Part shown: one piece after another, positions 9,254 to 19,027 of the stretch | Layout of the letters: each line of letters opens with the position of its first letter | Numbering within the stretch: position 1 is the first letter of the stretch | From: an uncultured Gammaproteobacteria bacterium | GTDB taxonomy: Bacteria; Patescibacteriota; Patescibacteriia; Patescibacteriales; Patescibacteriaceae | Length of the DNA: 40,739 bases | Direction of reading: 5' to 3' | NCBI GenBank assembly: GCA_964451345.1 | Contig: CAYVHQ010000004.1 | Coordinates: 1-40,739 of the forward strand | Made by a program: the position numbers and the translations under genes | Notes under the pieces: model-generated | What the model was told of the DNA's origin: nothing | Database searches by the model: none | Seen by the model: the letters and a program-made list of their open reading frames with translations, nothing else

Positions 9254-9383
9254 TTCCGAAAATTCAGGCTCAGAAGGCCTGTTTTTTCTTTACAGTTGTA
9301 TGTAGAGGAAATAAAAAAAACCCTATCTTCCTTGCACGAGATAGGGTTACAGAATTTTCAAATTATATAATAACATGTTGTTA

Positions 9384-9974
9384 TTATAGATAAGCATTTT
9401 TAACCGCCTTGCTAATTGTCTCGTCAAGAGTAGAGTAAAGCGGCCAAATACATCCATTATCCTCATTGAGGTTAATCTTTATCTGCTTTATTCCATCAAA
9501 TCCTTCTTCGGCACCGATAACAAACATCTCAAAAAACTGGTCCCATCTTTCTGGACGTAATGCATTTCTCACGCTCCAGCGCCCAATTTCTGCACGGGTA
9601 TCTCTTGCATAACTACCGTCTTCATTTCTACGAGGATTTTTGACATCTTCTAATGGAAGCCAGAATATAATTGTACCTTTTTCTGATGCAATTTTTAAAT
9701 AATATCGCTCCCAAGATGTTTGGCTTTCGAATGACCCAAGACTATGTTCTTTGCTGTTGTCTGATAAAGAATACTTATATAGCTCATGACTCTCATCATA
9801 ACGTGCAGGACAGGCAATATAACAACCTGGATCCTTTTTCGAAAGCTCAAGAATAGCTTCCTTGTGCCAATCGCCACCTCCCAGAATTGGTCCCGCTAGG
9901 AAATATACTTTTTTCCCCTTACGGCCAAAATCCGGATCATGGTAAATAGTTTTTGGAAGAATTAAATTTATCAT
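9384..9974 (-). CDS. Nucleoside 2-deoxyribosyltransferase-like protein
   Basis: YFLAGPI...DW, QTSWE, IIFWLP, TRAEIG motifs of the NDT-like (Nuc_deoxyri_tr2) fold. Confidence 0.75.
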   Translation of the reverse strand: MINLILPKTIYHDPDFGRKGKKVYFLAGPILGGGDWHKEAILELSKKDPGCYIACPARYDESHELYKYSLSDNSKEHSLGSFESQTSWERYYLKIASEKGTIIFWLPLEDVKNPRRNEDGSYARDTRAEIGRWSVRNALRPERWDQFFEMFVIGAEEGFDGIKQIKINLNEDNGCIWPLYSTLDETISKAVKNAYL

Positions 9975-10002
9975 TTTGTTTTTGTTTTTTATTAAACAAA
10001 TT

Positions 10003-10512
10003 TTATTTTAGATTTAATCTATCCAAGATTTTTTCTCTTGCAATTATCTTAGATAGATCGTCCGCAACTTCAGGAAGTCCTTGTAGGTCAAGTTCGGCGG
10101 GCACGGCGATCATCTGCATGATGCCTCCATACTCGATACTCTTTTCTTTGTGATGCCACGTGCCAACCCAGTACTCAGTCTCACCGACAACTTTTTCCAG
10201 GAATAAGTCATGGGTAATAACCCAGCGTTTTTTTTCATACTTCTTAGTAAAGCATAAACGCTTCTTTTCCGTATTCACAGCTTCCTTTTGTGGTGGATCA
10301 ATAAGTTTTATTACTGAATGCCCAAAAGGATCCACGCAGGCCCCTACTTTTAGCTCTTTGCTAAAATTTCCGTAGAATATCGCCCATTCAACTTCTGACT
10401 TCTTGGCGGATTTACCCATGATAGATGAGAAAAAACCGCTCATCTTATGCGCTGGAATAAATAGTTCTCCACGAACTAAATAATCTTTTTTATTAGATTT
10501 TGAAGATTGCAT
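10003..10512 (-). CDS. Hypothetical protein
   Basis: 169-aa ORF with GGAG SD and TTGACA promoter (10566); probably co-transcribed with the NDT gene. Confidence 0.7.
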   Translation of the reverse strand: MQSSKSNKKDYLVRGELFIPAHKMSGFFSSIMGKSAKKSEVEWAIFYGNFSKELKVGACVDPFGHSVIKLIDPPQKEAVNTEKKRLCFTKKYEKKRWVITHDLFLEKVVGETEYWVGTWHHKEKSIEYGGIMQMIAVPAELDLQGLPEVADDLSKIIAREKILDRLNLK

Positions 10513-10615
10513 GATGCTCCTTGTTTAATTTACCCTAACATAACCCTACTTTTCATATTCTGTCAAGAGTTGTTTTCTAATCATTTTAGAAAATCATCAG
10601 TTGAATTCCGAGGAG

Positions 10616-10643
10616 AAGTCCTGAACATCTCACACAATTCACC
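10616..10643 (+). repeat. Junction repeat, copy 4 (first 5 bp diverged)
   Basis: AAGTCCTGAACATCTCACACAATTCACC, then perfect hairpin AAAACGACCCCC-GCGGT-GGGGGTCGTTTT. Confidence 0.95.
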
Positions 10644-10692
10644 TATAGTAAAACGACCCCCGCGGTGGGGGTCGTTTTTAATTGTAATAACA

Positions 10693-11046
10693 TTATTTTG
10701 CTGGCGACTCTTCTCTCTTTTTTCTAAAATATTTTATGTAAAAATATCTAATGGCATATATAATAGTCAAGAGAATGAAGGTGGGAATAAAGAAAATTAA
10801 GAAATTCAAAAATTCATAGATGTACAGTGTCGAATCTGTCAAAAAATCATCATTTAATTGTAGTTGGCCGGGGTAACCTATGACATACAGATACTTGCTA
10901 TCGGCTGCAGACGTCCCGCACCAACCACCGACCGGGCAATGGTTTTCTCTGACCTGAAAATGCTGAACCTGCAAAACCGCAAAAATTACAAACGCCAACA
11001 GAGCGCTCCAGCCCATCAATTTTCTCGTTGTCCTAACAAAAGCCAT
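10693..11046 (-). CDS. Small two-TM hypothetical protein
   Basis: TM-loop (CPVGGWC...IGYP)-TM, basic tail. Confidence 0.7.
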   Translation of the reverse strand: MAFVRTTRKLMGWSALLAFVIFAVLQVQHFQVRENHCPVGGWCGTSAADSKYLYVIGYPGQLQLNDDFLTDSTLYIYEFLNFLIFFIPTFILLTIIYAIRYFYIKYFRKKREESPAK

Positions 11047-11186
11047 AAGTGTAGGTTACTACCTGTTCATATTATATATATTTTACGCCACTAAGTATAT
11101 ATTTCAAAGCACGAAATCAAAGCAATCTAAAAATAGAAGAGGGACGTTTTTAATTTGGTAATTGGTATAAAATGGTATCCCTACCA

Positions 11187-11224
11187 ACCCATTCCAAAAA
11201 TTCGGGACCGAAAGGTTATTTTTT
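11187..11224 (+). repeat. Degenerate junction (ACCCA core plus eroded hairpin)
   Basis: ACCCATTCCAAAAATTCGGG resembles ACCCATTCCGAAAATTCAGG of copy 3; the 33-mer is absent. Confidence 0.6.
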
Positions 11225-11231
11225 ATAAATT

Positions 11232-12794
11232 TTACGCTTTATATTTTGCTCTAAAAACGAGAGAAGACACAAAACCAACCAGCGCAAAAGGGCTACCCAA
11301 TAACGGGATCAAGGAAACGATTCCCAGCCCCAATAAAACACTCGGCCAGCGATTATTCATGAATTCATCCTTGGTGAGCGCTTGCTGCTTTTGATGAATG
11401 ATTGTATGGAGCGCCATGACTGAGCCTACAAAGTTAATTCCGGGTATAAAGGCGATACCAAACATTACCGCCAGACTGCCATAATACGAATGCATAGCCT
11501 GCGGCGCTGTCGCTCCGATACCTAAATAGCTTTTCGTGCCCTGAAGGGTTTTATTCTCAGCCCCATCTCCCAAAGGCCCTGCATTAAGCGAAGCCTGCTT
11601 GTAATACACTTGTTGCACGATTACCTGCTGGACTAAGTAACCAAACGCAATGACAAAAGCCCCTACGAGAAATCCCATAGCTTCGGGCGATACGTTGAAA
11701 AACATATTAATAAAAAACAGCAGCAACAGGGAACTTACAAGTCCTCCAAAACCGAGACCTAAATGCGGCTTCATAATCCGAAAAGGCATTGAAGTCTTCA
11801 AATATTCTATATAACTTTGATCCTTAAATATTCCATAGTAAAAAAAGCTTGTTCTTTTCTGCAGTTCCATAAACGGCTTTAAGCTGAAAAGGTAGTTAAA
11901 GGTCAAGATCATACCCAACCATACTGGAAAGAATACAAACACATTGAGGAATCCTAAATTCTGCAAGATAATAAGCACAGCGAGACTTATAAAAATTGAA
12001 TAACTTATCCGTATTGTTGAATACGCGGCTAATTTTTGTATCCCGAAAAGTGCTTGTGATTCTTTCCCCGCCATATCCGCCACCTGTGCCATGTTTGTCT
12101 GATCTCGGTCTCCCAGCAAAAAAATATAAAGCTTGGCTGTGTAAATCAACTGCTTGTTGTTTAGCAGTTTTTGGCCTTCCTCGTTATTAGAAAAAGCCTT
12201 TAAGGATTGTAAGAAAAAATCGATACTAAAACTTACCTGGAAAGCAGCGAATTCCAATAATTTTTGGCGGCAGAGCCGAGAGACTTCAAGGAGAGAGAGA
12301 TCCTGGCCTCTAAAATAATTAATATACGTAAGAGCCGAAAACATCGGATTACGCACCGGGATAATAAAATAAAATATTTGGTTGGCAGCCAGAACAAGAA
12401 CATTAAGACCTCCGACCATCCAGACCAGATTCCAATTCACGCTTTCAATAGGCACTCTAGCGGTTTTCCAAAATACATAAAAAAAGACCAGTAGGCACAA
12501 TCCCTGCACGACGCTCATCCAACGAGCCAATCTATACTCCTGGAGGACCGCCTTGGGATATGACTCCTTTGAAACTGGCGATACAGAGCCCTCCCCAGTG
12601 CCAGAAACAGGTGTTGTCAAAACTATTTCTGACGATCCGGGCGCGGACCCTCCAGAATGTATTTGAGCTAAACCGGCCTCTACTTCATCCATAGGCCACC
12701 CAGCCTTTAGCAGTACTTCCCTAATCTGTTGCGAGCCGACACCTTGGGACTGGCAATCATGTATATAGTCGATCACGCTCTGGGAAATTTTCAT
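11232..12794 (-). CDS. Polytopic membrane protein with CPR-type N-terminal helical domain
   Basis: DYIHDCQSQG...IREVLLKAGWP..EV motif, Ser/Gly linker, many TM helices; start at M13 of the tracked ORF. Confidence 0.8.
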   Translation of the reverse strand: MKISQSVIDYIHDCQSQGVGSQQIREVLLKAGWPMDEVEAGLAQIHSGGSAPGSSEIVLTTPVSGTGEGSVSPVSKESYPKAVLQEYRLARWMSVVQGLCLLVFFYVFWKTARVPIESVNWNLVWMVGGLNVLVLAANQIFYFIIPVRNPMFSALTYINYFRGQDLSLLEVSRLCRQKLLEFAAFQVSFSIDFFLQSLKAFSNNEEGQKLLNNKQLIYTAKLYIFLLGDRDQTNMAQVADMAGKESQALFGIQKLAAYSTIRISYSIFISLAVLIILQNLGFLNVFVFFPVWLGMILTFNYLFSLKPFMELQKRTSFFYYGIFKDQSYIEYLKTSMPFRIMKPHLGLGFGGLVSSLLLLFFINMFFNVSPEAMGFLVGAFVIAFGYLVQQVIVQQVYYKQASLNAGPLGDGAENKTLQGTKSYLGIGATAPQAMHSYYGSLAVMFGIAFIPGINFVGSVMALHTIIHQKQQALTKDEFMNNRWPSVLLGLGIVSLIPLLGSPFALVGFVSSLVFRAKYKA

Positions 12795-12854
12795 ACATAT
12801 CCATATATAATAATGCCTATATTTTAGCATAAGAGAACCAAGACTTTAATTGCC

Positions 12855-12889
12855 ATCTAAAGCCCTAAACACCTCACACAATTCAACCA
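12855..12889 (+). repeat. Junction repeat, copy 5 (most diverged full-length copy)
   Basis: ATCTAAAGCCCTAAACACCTCACACAATTCAACCA, then AAAACGGCCCCTTAATGGGCTGTTTTT. Confidence 0.93.
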
Positions 12890-12984
12890 GCTACAAAACG
12901 GCCCCTTAATGGGCTGTTTTTATTCCAGAAGATTATACAGCATCAGAAATTGAACAATATCTTTCAAAATGCTAGAGTCATATC

Positions 12985-13803
12985 ATGCTACACCAACCAT
13001 CCGAATTTGCAGCCAGCGTATTAAGAATACTCGATCAAGCGAGTAGTATAGTGCTCAAATATTTTCAAACTGTCTTGGACGTAGAATTTAAAAGGGACGA
13101 ATTTGATCCTCTGACTATTGCGGATAAAGAATCGGATTACTTCATCCGAAATTCCTTGCATGAACTATTTCCGCATGATTTACTGCTTTCTGAAGAAAAT
13201 CCTCTGCTTCCTGAAACATACAATGGAAGAGTTTGGATGATTGATCCGCTTGATGGCACGAAGTCATTCATTAAGGGAAGTGATACTTTTTCAATTAACA
13301 TCGGCCTCGTGGAAAATGGAGTCCCAATTTTTGGCTGTGTCGCTATTCCGGCGCAAGGTAAAGTATTTTATGCCGAAAAAGGGAAAGGCGCGTTTCGCAA
13401 AACAGATGAAAGCTTTGAGGCAATCCATACATCATCCATCCAACAAATCGAAAACGCTCGCCTCATCACGCGCGAAGGCAATAAGGACGTACGGCCTATT
13501 GAAGAAAAACTCAATACCATTCCTTTTTATGAACGCATTACCGGCGGTGGGATAGGCGAAAAGCTCTGCAAAATAGCCGAAGGCGTCGCTGAAGCTCAAA
13601 TCAATACGAACCGTGCTTGTAAATGGGATACTGCCGGAGTACAAGTCATTCTTGAAGAAGCTGGTGGAGTTATTACTGACTTTGATAATAATCGATTAAA
13701 TTACAAAAGTGATTCTGTGGTTTTAGAAAGAAGTTTTGTTGCTTCTGCCAATAAAGAACTGCACGAAGTATTAATAAAAGAATTGAGAGGGCTCGAGATT
13801 TAG
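12985..13803 (+). CDS. cysQ: Inositol monophosphatase family / CysQ-like 3'(2'),5'-bisphosphate nucleotidase
   Basis: PLTIAD, LSEE, WMIDPLDGTKSF, WDTAG..ILEEAGG. Confidence 0.88.
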   Translation: MLHQPSEFAASVLRILDQASSIVLKYFQTVLDVEFKRDEFDPLTIADKESDYFIRNSLHELFPHDLLLSEENPLLPETYNGRVWMIDPLDGTKSFIKGSDTFSINIGLVENGVPIFGCVAIPAQGKVFYAEKGKGAFRKTDESFEAIHTSSIQQIENARLITREGNKDVRPIEEKLNTIPFYERITGGGIGEKLCKIAEGVAEAQINTNRACKWDTAGVQVILEEAGGVITDFDNNRLNYKSDSVVLERSFVASANKELHEVLIKELRGLEI

Positions 13804-13832
13804 AGATTAATTATAAACTAGTGCAGCGCCTG

Positions 13833-13855
13833 ACCCAGACAGAAAACACCCCTTT
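13833..13855 (+). repeat. Copy of the tRNA-His 3' end and downstream flank
   Basis: ACCCAGACAGAAAACACCCCTTT versus ACCCAGGCACAAAACGCCCCTTT at 5967-5989 (20/23 identical). Confidence 0.75.
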
Positions 13856-13905
13856 ACGGTTTAAGAAATAAAAAAGAGCGGTAAAATTACCACTCTTATG
13901 CGTTG

Positions 13906-15147
13906 CTATCTCACATATATATGGGCTTGCCGCACCAGATCGTCAGGGATAAAACATTCTATTTCCTCTAACTTCTCCCTCACTACTCTTTGAAAATCGG
14001 CGAAGACTTGATAATCGGTAAAAGTTATTGTCTCTTGCGGGTCCTCCGGATAATCAACCGTAAAAGATGCCTCGTTGTCATTGAAGCTATTTAATACCGC
14101 CCGATAGACCCTGAAACCCGGCATTTCCTGCCCGGACCCATCCCGCCAATAACAAATTGCATCTATTTCTGAAGTTATCTTCGTAACAGTTATCGGGTCA
14201 AGGTCAAGGTAATGGATAAAATCAATACGAGACAGAATACGTTTTTCTTCGCCCGTTATTCCCTCAAAAGTCTGCGACACCTTGGCCGAAAAATGCTCAC
14301 GGTGCAATAAAACAATTCCACGCGTTTTATAGGGGTCATCGAAATCATAATTCGAGCCTACTTTGATCTTTTGCAGAAAGTCCTGGAAATCCTTTTGGCA
14401 GCCTTGATAATCATCCGCTAATATCTGTATGGAATTGCGTATGTCACAGAGCCATTGTCCTGAAGGTCCTTCTTCAAGGGACTTGCAAATACAAGTAGAC
14501 CAATCATCCATAGTGCCGGCTTTAGCTGCCATGGCCATGAGCTTGAGAAATGCTTTAATACGTTGAAAATCCAACGGGTCAACAAAACGCAAACTAACTC
14601 CGTCAAAAGGCGAACTTTGGACAGCCTGCTTAGTATTGTTAAAGACAAAACCCGTACCCTGATTTTGCAACTGAGTATCAAAACAAACGAGCGGATAACT
14701 CACATTAATATCTTTGTCATCAACAGACGACGTAGCCTGAATCTCCAGAATGATCTGTAAAGATACTACAGGATTTCCATTTTTCTCGTCCTTCACTAAT
14801 TCTTTTCTGCCAATTAGCCGCAGCTCTTCCAGATGTATTTCTTCTGGTTCATCAAGATCCTCTTGCTCAACTATCACCCGACCAAGAGGGGGAATGTCAT
14901 TAATAAATGATAGCTTACTGGTAATGTTAAGCAGATCTCGCGCCTGTTTGCCGGCCTCGGTTTCCAGCATCTCAAGGTGGGTTGCCAGGTCAAGGTAAGG
15001 CATTGAGAATAGAACAGTTTCGCGCACAGTTTCTAGGCTCAGGGCCTGTATATACCGTTTCTCTAAAAAGCTTTCCAGCCACCTGTTTGCCTCCGCTTTA
15101 AGCGCTTTTTTCTTCTTGAAGAATTCTTCAATTTCACGCTTGTTCAT
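13906..15147 (-). CDS. Hypothetical acidic protein (413 aa)
   Basis: AGGAGG SD before ATG 15147, promoter TTGACT-17-TAGTTT; no motif recognised. Confidence 0.8.
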   Translation of the reverse strand: MNKREIEEFFKKKKALKAEANRWLESFLEKRYIQALSLETVRETVLFSMPYLDLATHLEMLETEAGKQARDLLNITSKLSFINDIPPLGRVIVEQEDLDEPEEIHLEELRLIGRKELVKDEKNGNPVVSLQIILEIQATSSVDDKDINVSYPLVCFDTQLQNQGTGFVFNNTKQAVQSSPFDGVSLRFVDPLDFQRIKAFLKLMAMAAKAGTMDDWSTCICKSLEEGPSGQWLCDIRNSIQILADDYQGCQKDFQDFLQKIKVGSNYDFDDPYKTRGIVLLHREHFSAKVSQTFEGITGEEKRILSRIDFIHYLDLDPITVTKITSEIDAICYWRDGSGQEMPGFRVYRAVLNSFNDNEASFTVDYPEDPQETITFTDYQVFADFQRVVREKLEEIECFIPDDLVRQAHIYVR

Positions 15148-15248
15148 GCTCCTCCTTTTTCTATGTTTAAAAATTGTTAAAGTTCTGATGATACAAACTA
15201 ACATTATTCTTTTGCTTAGTCAATGACAATAAGCTTCTTTAAAGTACC

Positions 15249-15283
15249 GTCCAAAGCCCTGAACACCTCACACAATTCACCCA
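15249..15283 (+). repeat. Junction repeat, copy 6
   Basis: GTCCAAAGCCCTGAACACCTCACACAATTCACCCA. Confidence 0.97.
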
Positions 15284-15332
15284 TTAATAAAAAAGGCCTT
15301 ATCCCATATGAGAGATAAAGCCTTTAAATAAT

Positions 15333-16061
15333 TTAATCACGCAGTAGCAAAATCTTTTCCGTGACTTCACGACACTGGTAACCTAATATTTCTTGCACAT
15401 ATTTATTCAGGTCATTATGATTGACATATGAAAGATTATAGCCAAGGAACAGCAGCTCGCTAATAGTATTATAATAGACTTTCTTTCTGCCCCTCCCTGT
15501 TTCCATTTCCGTTCCTATGTTAAGAGAGCCATTATTCTCAAGTAATACTCTTAGGAACAAGGGGCCAATTATTTTTAGATAAAAAGACAGACTGGCTTCT
15601 CTGCTAAACGCTTGGAGCAATACCCAAATTTCCTTTTTTACTCCGTCCAAATACGTGTCCTCTTCAGATGGCTTTTGTCTTGCATCCCAATTTTCACAAT
15701 CCTGGTTTGCCAGGCAGAGACAATTTTGTATAGCAACAAAATGGAATTTCATCATTGTTGCTTGATCATATATTTTATAACTATCATTCTCGCCTCCGCG
15801 CGCCACTGCTGAGCATATTTCGAGCTGAGCAAGGCCTTGCTGAGGAGTCATTCCTTCTTGGGGCAAATATATTTCCAACTCAGGCGGCAAAACTATGCCA
15901 TCCAGAGCTTTCCACTTAGCGGCAACGAGTACGCCGTTTTCTTTTTTTGCCTCGGATTCAATTTCGCGACTGCAGACATGCATTTTGAAATCAGGTAATG
16001 TAATACCAAAGAATTCTTCCAATAACCTGATCTTGCTATTTTTAACTTGTTTTTCTTCCAT
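15333..16061 (-). CDS. Hypothetical protein
   Basis: Start at M25 of the tracked ORF; promoter TTGACA-17-TAGATT and hairpin leader upstream. Confidence 0.75.
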   Translation of the reverse strand: MEEKQVKNSKIRLLEEFFGITLPDFKMHVCSREIESEAKKENGVLVAAKWKALDGIVLPPELEIYLPQEGMTPQQGLAQLEICSAVARGGENDSYKIYDQATMMKFHFVAIQNCLCLANQDCENWDARQKPSEEDTYLDGVKKEIWVLLQAFSREASLSFYLKIIGPLFLRVLLENNGSLNIGTEMETGRGRKKVYYNTISELLFLGYNLSYVNHNDLNKYVQEILGYQCREVTEKILLLRD

Positions 16062-16299
16062 TTTTATCTTATTTGATTGTTTAGTAGTTAGGGTGGTTTT
16101 CTCTGCCCTCAGAAAGACCAAAGAAAACCACACTAATCAACAATTTTATAAGGAACGGGATTGCTCAATCTATCATTTTTTGTTTATTTTGTCAACAGCT
16201 TAGGCCAATTAATAATGTACCTATGTTCACCCCGCTAGGACAGAAAATACCATTTGCAGTGGGTTTTGTTATAGGAAATTCCTCATGTATAATAAAGCT

Positions 16300-16863
16300 A
16301 TGGAAAACATCATAGACCAAGTAAAACTCGCAGCCCTTGAAGAAATCAAGAAATTCGGCACGCCGAAACTGGAGCACTTCTTTTTAGCCAATGCCAAGGG
16401 ACAAGAATTAGCTGAAAAACTAAATGCCGACAAGAACATCGTTTTACTCGGCACGATACTGATGGACTTCAAACTAGGCCAATGTTTGTCGAAGAACCGT
16501 GTCGCCGACCACATTAAAGAATCTGACGATGCCGCAAAATCCTTATTGATAAGCCTGGGGTGTGAAGAAAGATTTGTTCAAAAAGTCACTGCCTGTATTC
16601 AATCGCATCACGGCCAAAAAACTTATCCCAGCCTTGAGGCAGAAATCTGCGCTAATGCTGACTGCTATCGCTTCTTAAGCCCGGCAGGATTCTTTAACGG
16701 CTTCATGCTTTTTTGTAATCGCGGATTAAGTATTGAAGAATGCCTCAAAAATGTCGAAGCTAAAGTTGACGAAAAACGCTCAATTATATCGCTTGATATT
16801 TGCAAAGCGGAAACGGAAGCATACTACCAAGAGATGAAAGATTTGCTGGCAGGGGCTCAGTGA
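16300..16863 (+). CDS. HD-domain-like phosphohydrolase (HD motif reads MD)
   Basis: EH...ELAEKLNAD..IV.LG.ILMD...H...CIQSHH...SLEAEICANAD follows the HD-fold pattern. Confidence 0.75.
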   Translation: MENIIDQVKLAALEEIKKFGTPKLEHFFLANAKGQELAEKLNADKNIVLLGTILMDFKLGQCLSKNRVADHIKESDDAAKSLLISLGCEERFVQKVTACIQSHHGQKTYPSLEAEICANADCYRFLSPAGFFNGFMLFCNRGLSIEECLKNVEAKVDEKRSIISLDICKAETEAYYQEMKDLLAGAQ

Positions 16864-16905
16864 TCAGTAGACACACCGTCTAGCTTAGCTTTCGCATTCG
16901 TGCCG

Positions 16906-16942
16906 TTCCGAAAATTCAGGCTCGAGAGGCCTGTTTTTCTTT
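16906..16942 (+). repeat. Copy of the junction hairpin of copy 3
   Basis: TTCCGAAAATTCAGGCTCGAGAGGCCTGTTTTTCTTT. Confidence 0.85.
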
Positions 16943-17085
16943 GTAGTTACAGTGATTTTCAGTACACCCATAGAGGGATGGAAAAATCAAATAAAAGAGC
17001 CACGATATTCCTACCGTGGCATACGTATATAAATCATTATTTCCGCTGAAGCGTAAGATAGCTATGAGTTGGTATTATATGGTTT

Positions 17086-17592
17086 CTATTCTTTCAATGG
17101 CTCTTGTTTTGATTTCGTGACATTAAGCAATATGACCACGGAAATCAAGCTTAATATAAAACAAATAGCAAGCAAAGAATAATAGACATAATCAAAAGTA
17201 GGCTTTTGCGTCAGCCAACTCCAGCTCGTGCCCGTGATTCCACAATATAGAGCTATTGGTATTGTTATTACCAACACTATCGGGAAAAACATTGCGTAAA
17301 ATAAGCTAAGAATTCTGGCTACTTTAATGCGTTTAATTTCCTGATCGTTAAACTTTTGATGGGATATTCTCTTATCAACTATAAAAAGTATAGTCGCGAA
17401 TGAAACCAAGAAGAATCTGTCCACAATCCAATACAGCAAATTCTCAGCCGTAGTATTGGGCTCGGAATCTACCGTCATATATTTTATAAAAGAATAAAAC
17501 AACAAAACTACCAAATAGCCTATGGCTGTGTTGCGAAAATAATTATCTGTGCCGGTTGCTGCTTCCGGGCTTGGCGCATTTATATTATTCAT
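17086..17592 (-). CDS. Four-TM hypothetical membrane protein
   Basis: Start at M18 of the tracked ORF; promoter TTGACA-17-TAATCT upstream. Confidence 0.75.
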   Translation of the reverse strand: MNNINAPSPEAATGTDNYFRNTAIGYLVVLLFYSFIKYMTVDSEPNTTAENLLYWIVDRFFLVSFATILFIVDKRISHQKFNDQEIKRIKVARILSLFYAMFFPIVLVITIPIALYCGITGTSWSWLTQKPTFDYVYYSLLAICFILSLISVVILLNVTKSKQEPLKE

Positions 17593-17760
17593 ATTATTTA
17601 GGTTTTTGTTTAGATTAGTATTCTCTGCTTCGAGGCAAAGCAAGGAACACTAATCTAAAAGTCCCTAAAGATTGTAAAAGTGCCAATTTTGCAGATTAGC
17701 ATTATTCTTATGTTTTGTCAATAACCACGTAAAGTCTCAGTCTCTAAGCCGCACGGTGAC

Positions 17761-17786
17761 AAAATGGCCCTTTATGGGCTGTTTTT
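17761..17786 (+). repeat. Exact copy of the junction hairpin of copy 2
   Basis: AAAATGGCCCTTTATGGGCTGTTTTT, identical to 8304-8329. Confidence 0.9.
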
Positions 17787-17853
17787 ATTATCATTCATAA
17801 TGGACGGAAAACTCACTGCTGCTATATACTAAGATAAGAATGCCAGTTAAAAT

Positions 17854-18261
17854 ATGCATATGCAAAATTATTCACTTACTTCAGCCTTTGAAGCTAGTAA
17901 AAACGATGACTTGAAGAACTGGGCTATTTCATATCTGAATAGTGAAGGGAACAATCACGGACTTGCACAGATTATTCAAAACACTCCCTGCAAACACATA
18001 GAGTTAACCGAAGCTCCCCTACATGGTCTGATCAGAATTTGCGGCCCTGAAAAAGGAATGGCTTTCCCCGAAGACATCTCTGTATGGGAATCGCGAATAT
18101 CAACTCTTCGCCAAGCAATCAATAGTGGAATTGAATTACCTCCTTTGATAATCACTGATTTTTGGGAAGCCTCGCAAATTTCTGACGGAGCCCACCGATA
18201 CGAAGCATTGATAAGAAATGGGATCACTAAGTACTGGGCAATCTTTTTTGATAGAGAATAG
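17854..18261 (+). CDS. Stand-alone ParB/Srx-like nuclease-domain protein
   Basis: LPPLII...ISDGAHRYEAL. Confidence 0.8.
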   Translation: MHMQNYSLTSAFEASKNDDLKNWAISYLNSEGNNHGLAQIIQNTPCKHIELTEAPLHGLIRICGPEKGMAFPEDISVWESRISTLRQAINSGIELPPLIITDFWEASQISDGAHRYEALIRNGITKYWAIFFDRE

Positions 18262-18310
18262 TGGTTTTAGAAAAAAAGAACTGTTAATTTCTTAACAGTT
18301 CAAAATACAT

Positions 18311-19027
18311 TTAAAAAAGAGCTTTTGGTTTTGGAATATTTTTTAATAAATCTATTGATATTTTCTTTGTATGCTGATTCGTACTATTAACCACCGTCAC
18401 ATCTAGCAGGTTTTTTCGCGGTCCTTTTCTGTAAACTTTTTTAATGATTATATTATCAAGATGGTTTACGGAAAACTCAGCCAAGAACATTTCCTCAGGA
18501 ATTTGCCAGTACGGCTGGTTTTCTTTTATAAGCAACACATACCATTGGCGGGTACAACCCTCGAAGCTAACCTTTGCCTCGATATTTCTGACTAAGAGGA
18601 TGGCCGAGTTTCTCGAAATAACTTTCAGGTGCTCTCTGCGGAAAAAATAAAAAATATGTTCCGATAGCAGTTTTTTCATTGAAGCGTTAAATGTTTTTCC
18701 AAAGCCATTATCATCATAGTTTTCGCGAAGTTTCGCTAGCAACCACGTATGAAATTTTTTCTGTATTGTCTCCATTGTTATCGAGAGACAGCAATCATTA
18801 TCTACGAGAGTTATCGCCTTTTCTCTTTCTAATTCTTTTCTCTCTTTCTCCTCCCAATACTGTCTGCTTTCTTCTCGTCGGGCAGACTCTCGGCTACTGC
18901 CATAGTAGGATCGTCCCATAAAGCTCAAGGTATGCGGACTAGAAAAAGCAGGCGTATATTCGCTCGGGAATAACACGGCCATAAGAAATTCCTCAACTAC
19001 TCTACAAATTGTTTTAATTATTTTCAT
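18311..19027 (-). CDS. Hypothetical protein
   Basis: 238-aa ORF with a long, hairpin-rich upstream region. Confidence 0.65.
   Translation of the reverse strand: MKIIKTICRVVEEFLMAVLFPSEYTPAFSSPHTLSFMGRSYYGSSRESARREESRQYWEEKERKELEREKAITLVDNDCCLSITMETIQKKFHTWLLAKLRENYDDNGFGKTFNASMKKLLSEHIFYFFRREHLKVISRNSAILLVRNIEAKVSFEGCTRQWYVLLIKENQPYWQIPEEMFLAEFSVNHLDNIIIKKVYRKGPRKNLLDVTVVNSTNQHTKKISIDLLKNIPKPKALF

Noticed and set aside
7002-9393. Plus-strand ORFs containing SKVLNTSHNSP (7002, 9163) or VQSPEHLTQFT (8174)
   Set aside because: They run through terminators; copy 5 has a stop in the VQSP frame, and the bottom-strand frame fits the substitutions better.
9384-9974. Retron with NDT effector
   Set aside because: No reverse transcriptase or msr/msd in the window.
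7040-15283. CRISPR array (33-bp direct repeats)
   Set aside because: Spacing is 1-2.4 kb and contains whole genes; no cas genes in the window.
4144-15283. Classical integron (IntI plus attC)
   Set aside because: No RYYYAAC...GTTRRRY ends or long palindromes, the recombinase is Xer-like, and cargo has its own promoters in both orientations.
7040-15283. IS or MITE ends, or group II intron remnants
   Set aside because: All copies share one orientation, with no partner inverted repeat, target duplication, transposase, RT or domain V seen.
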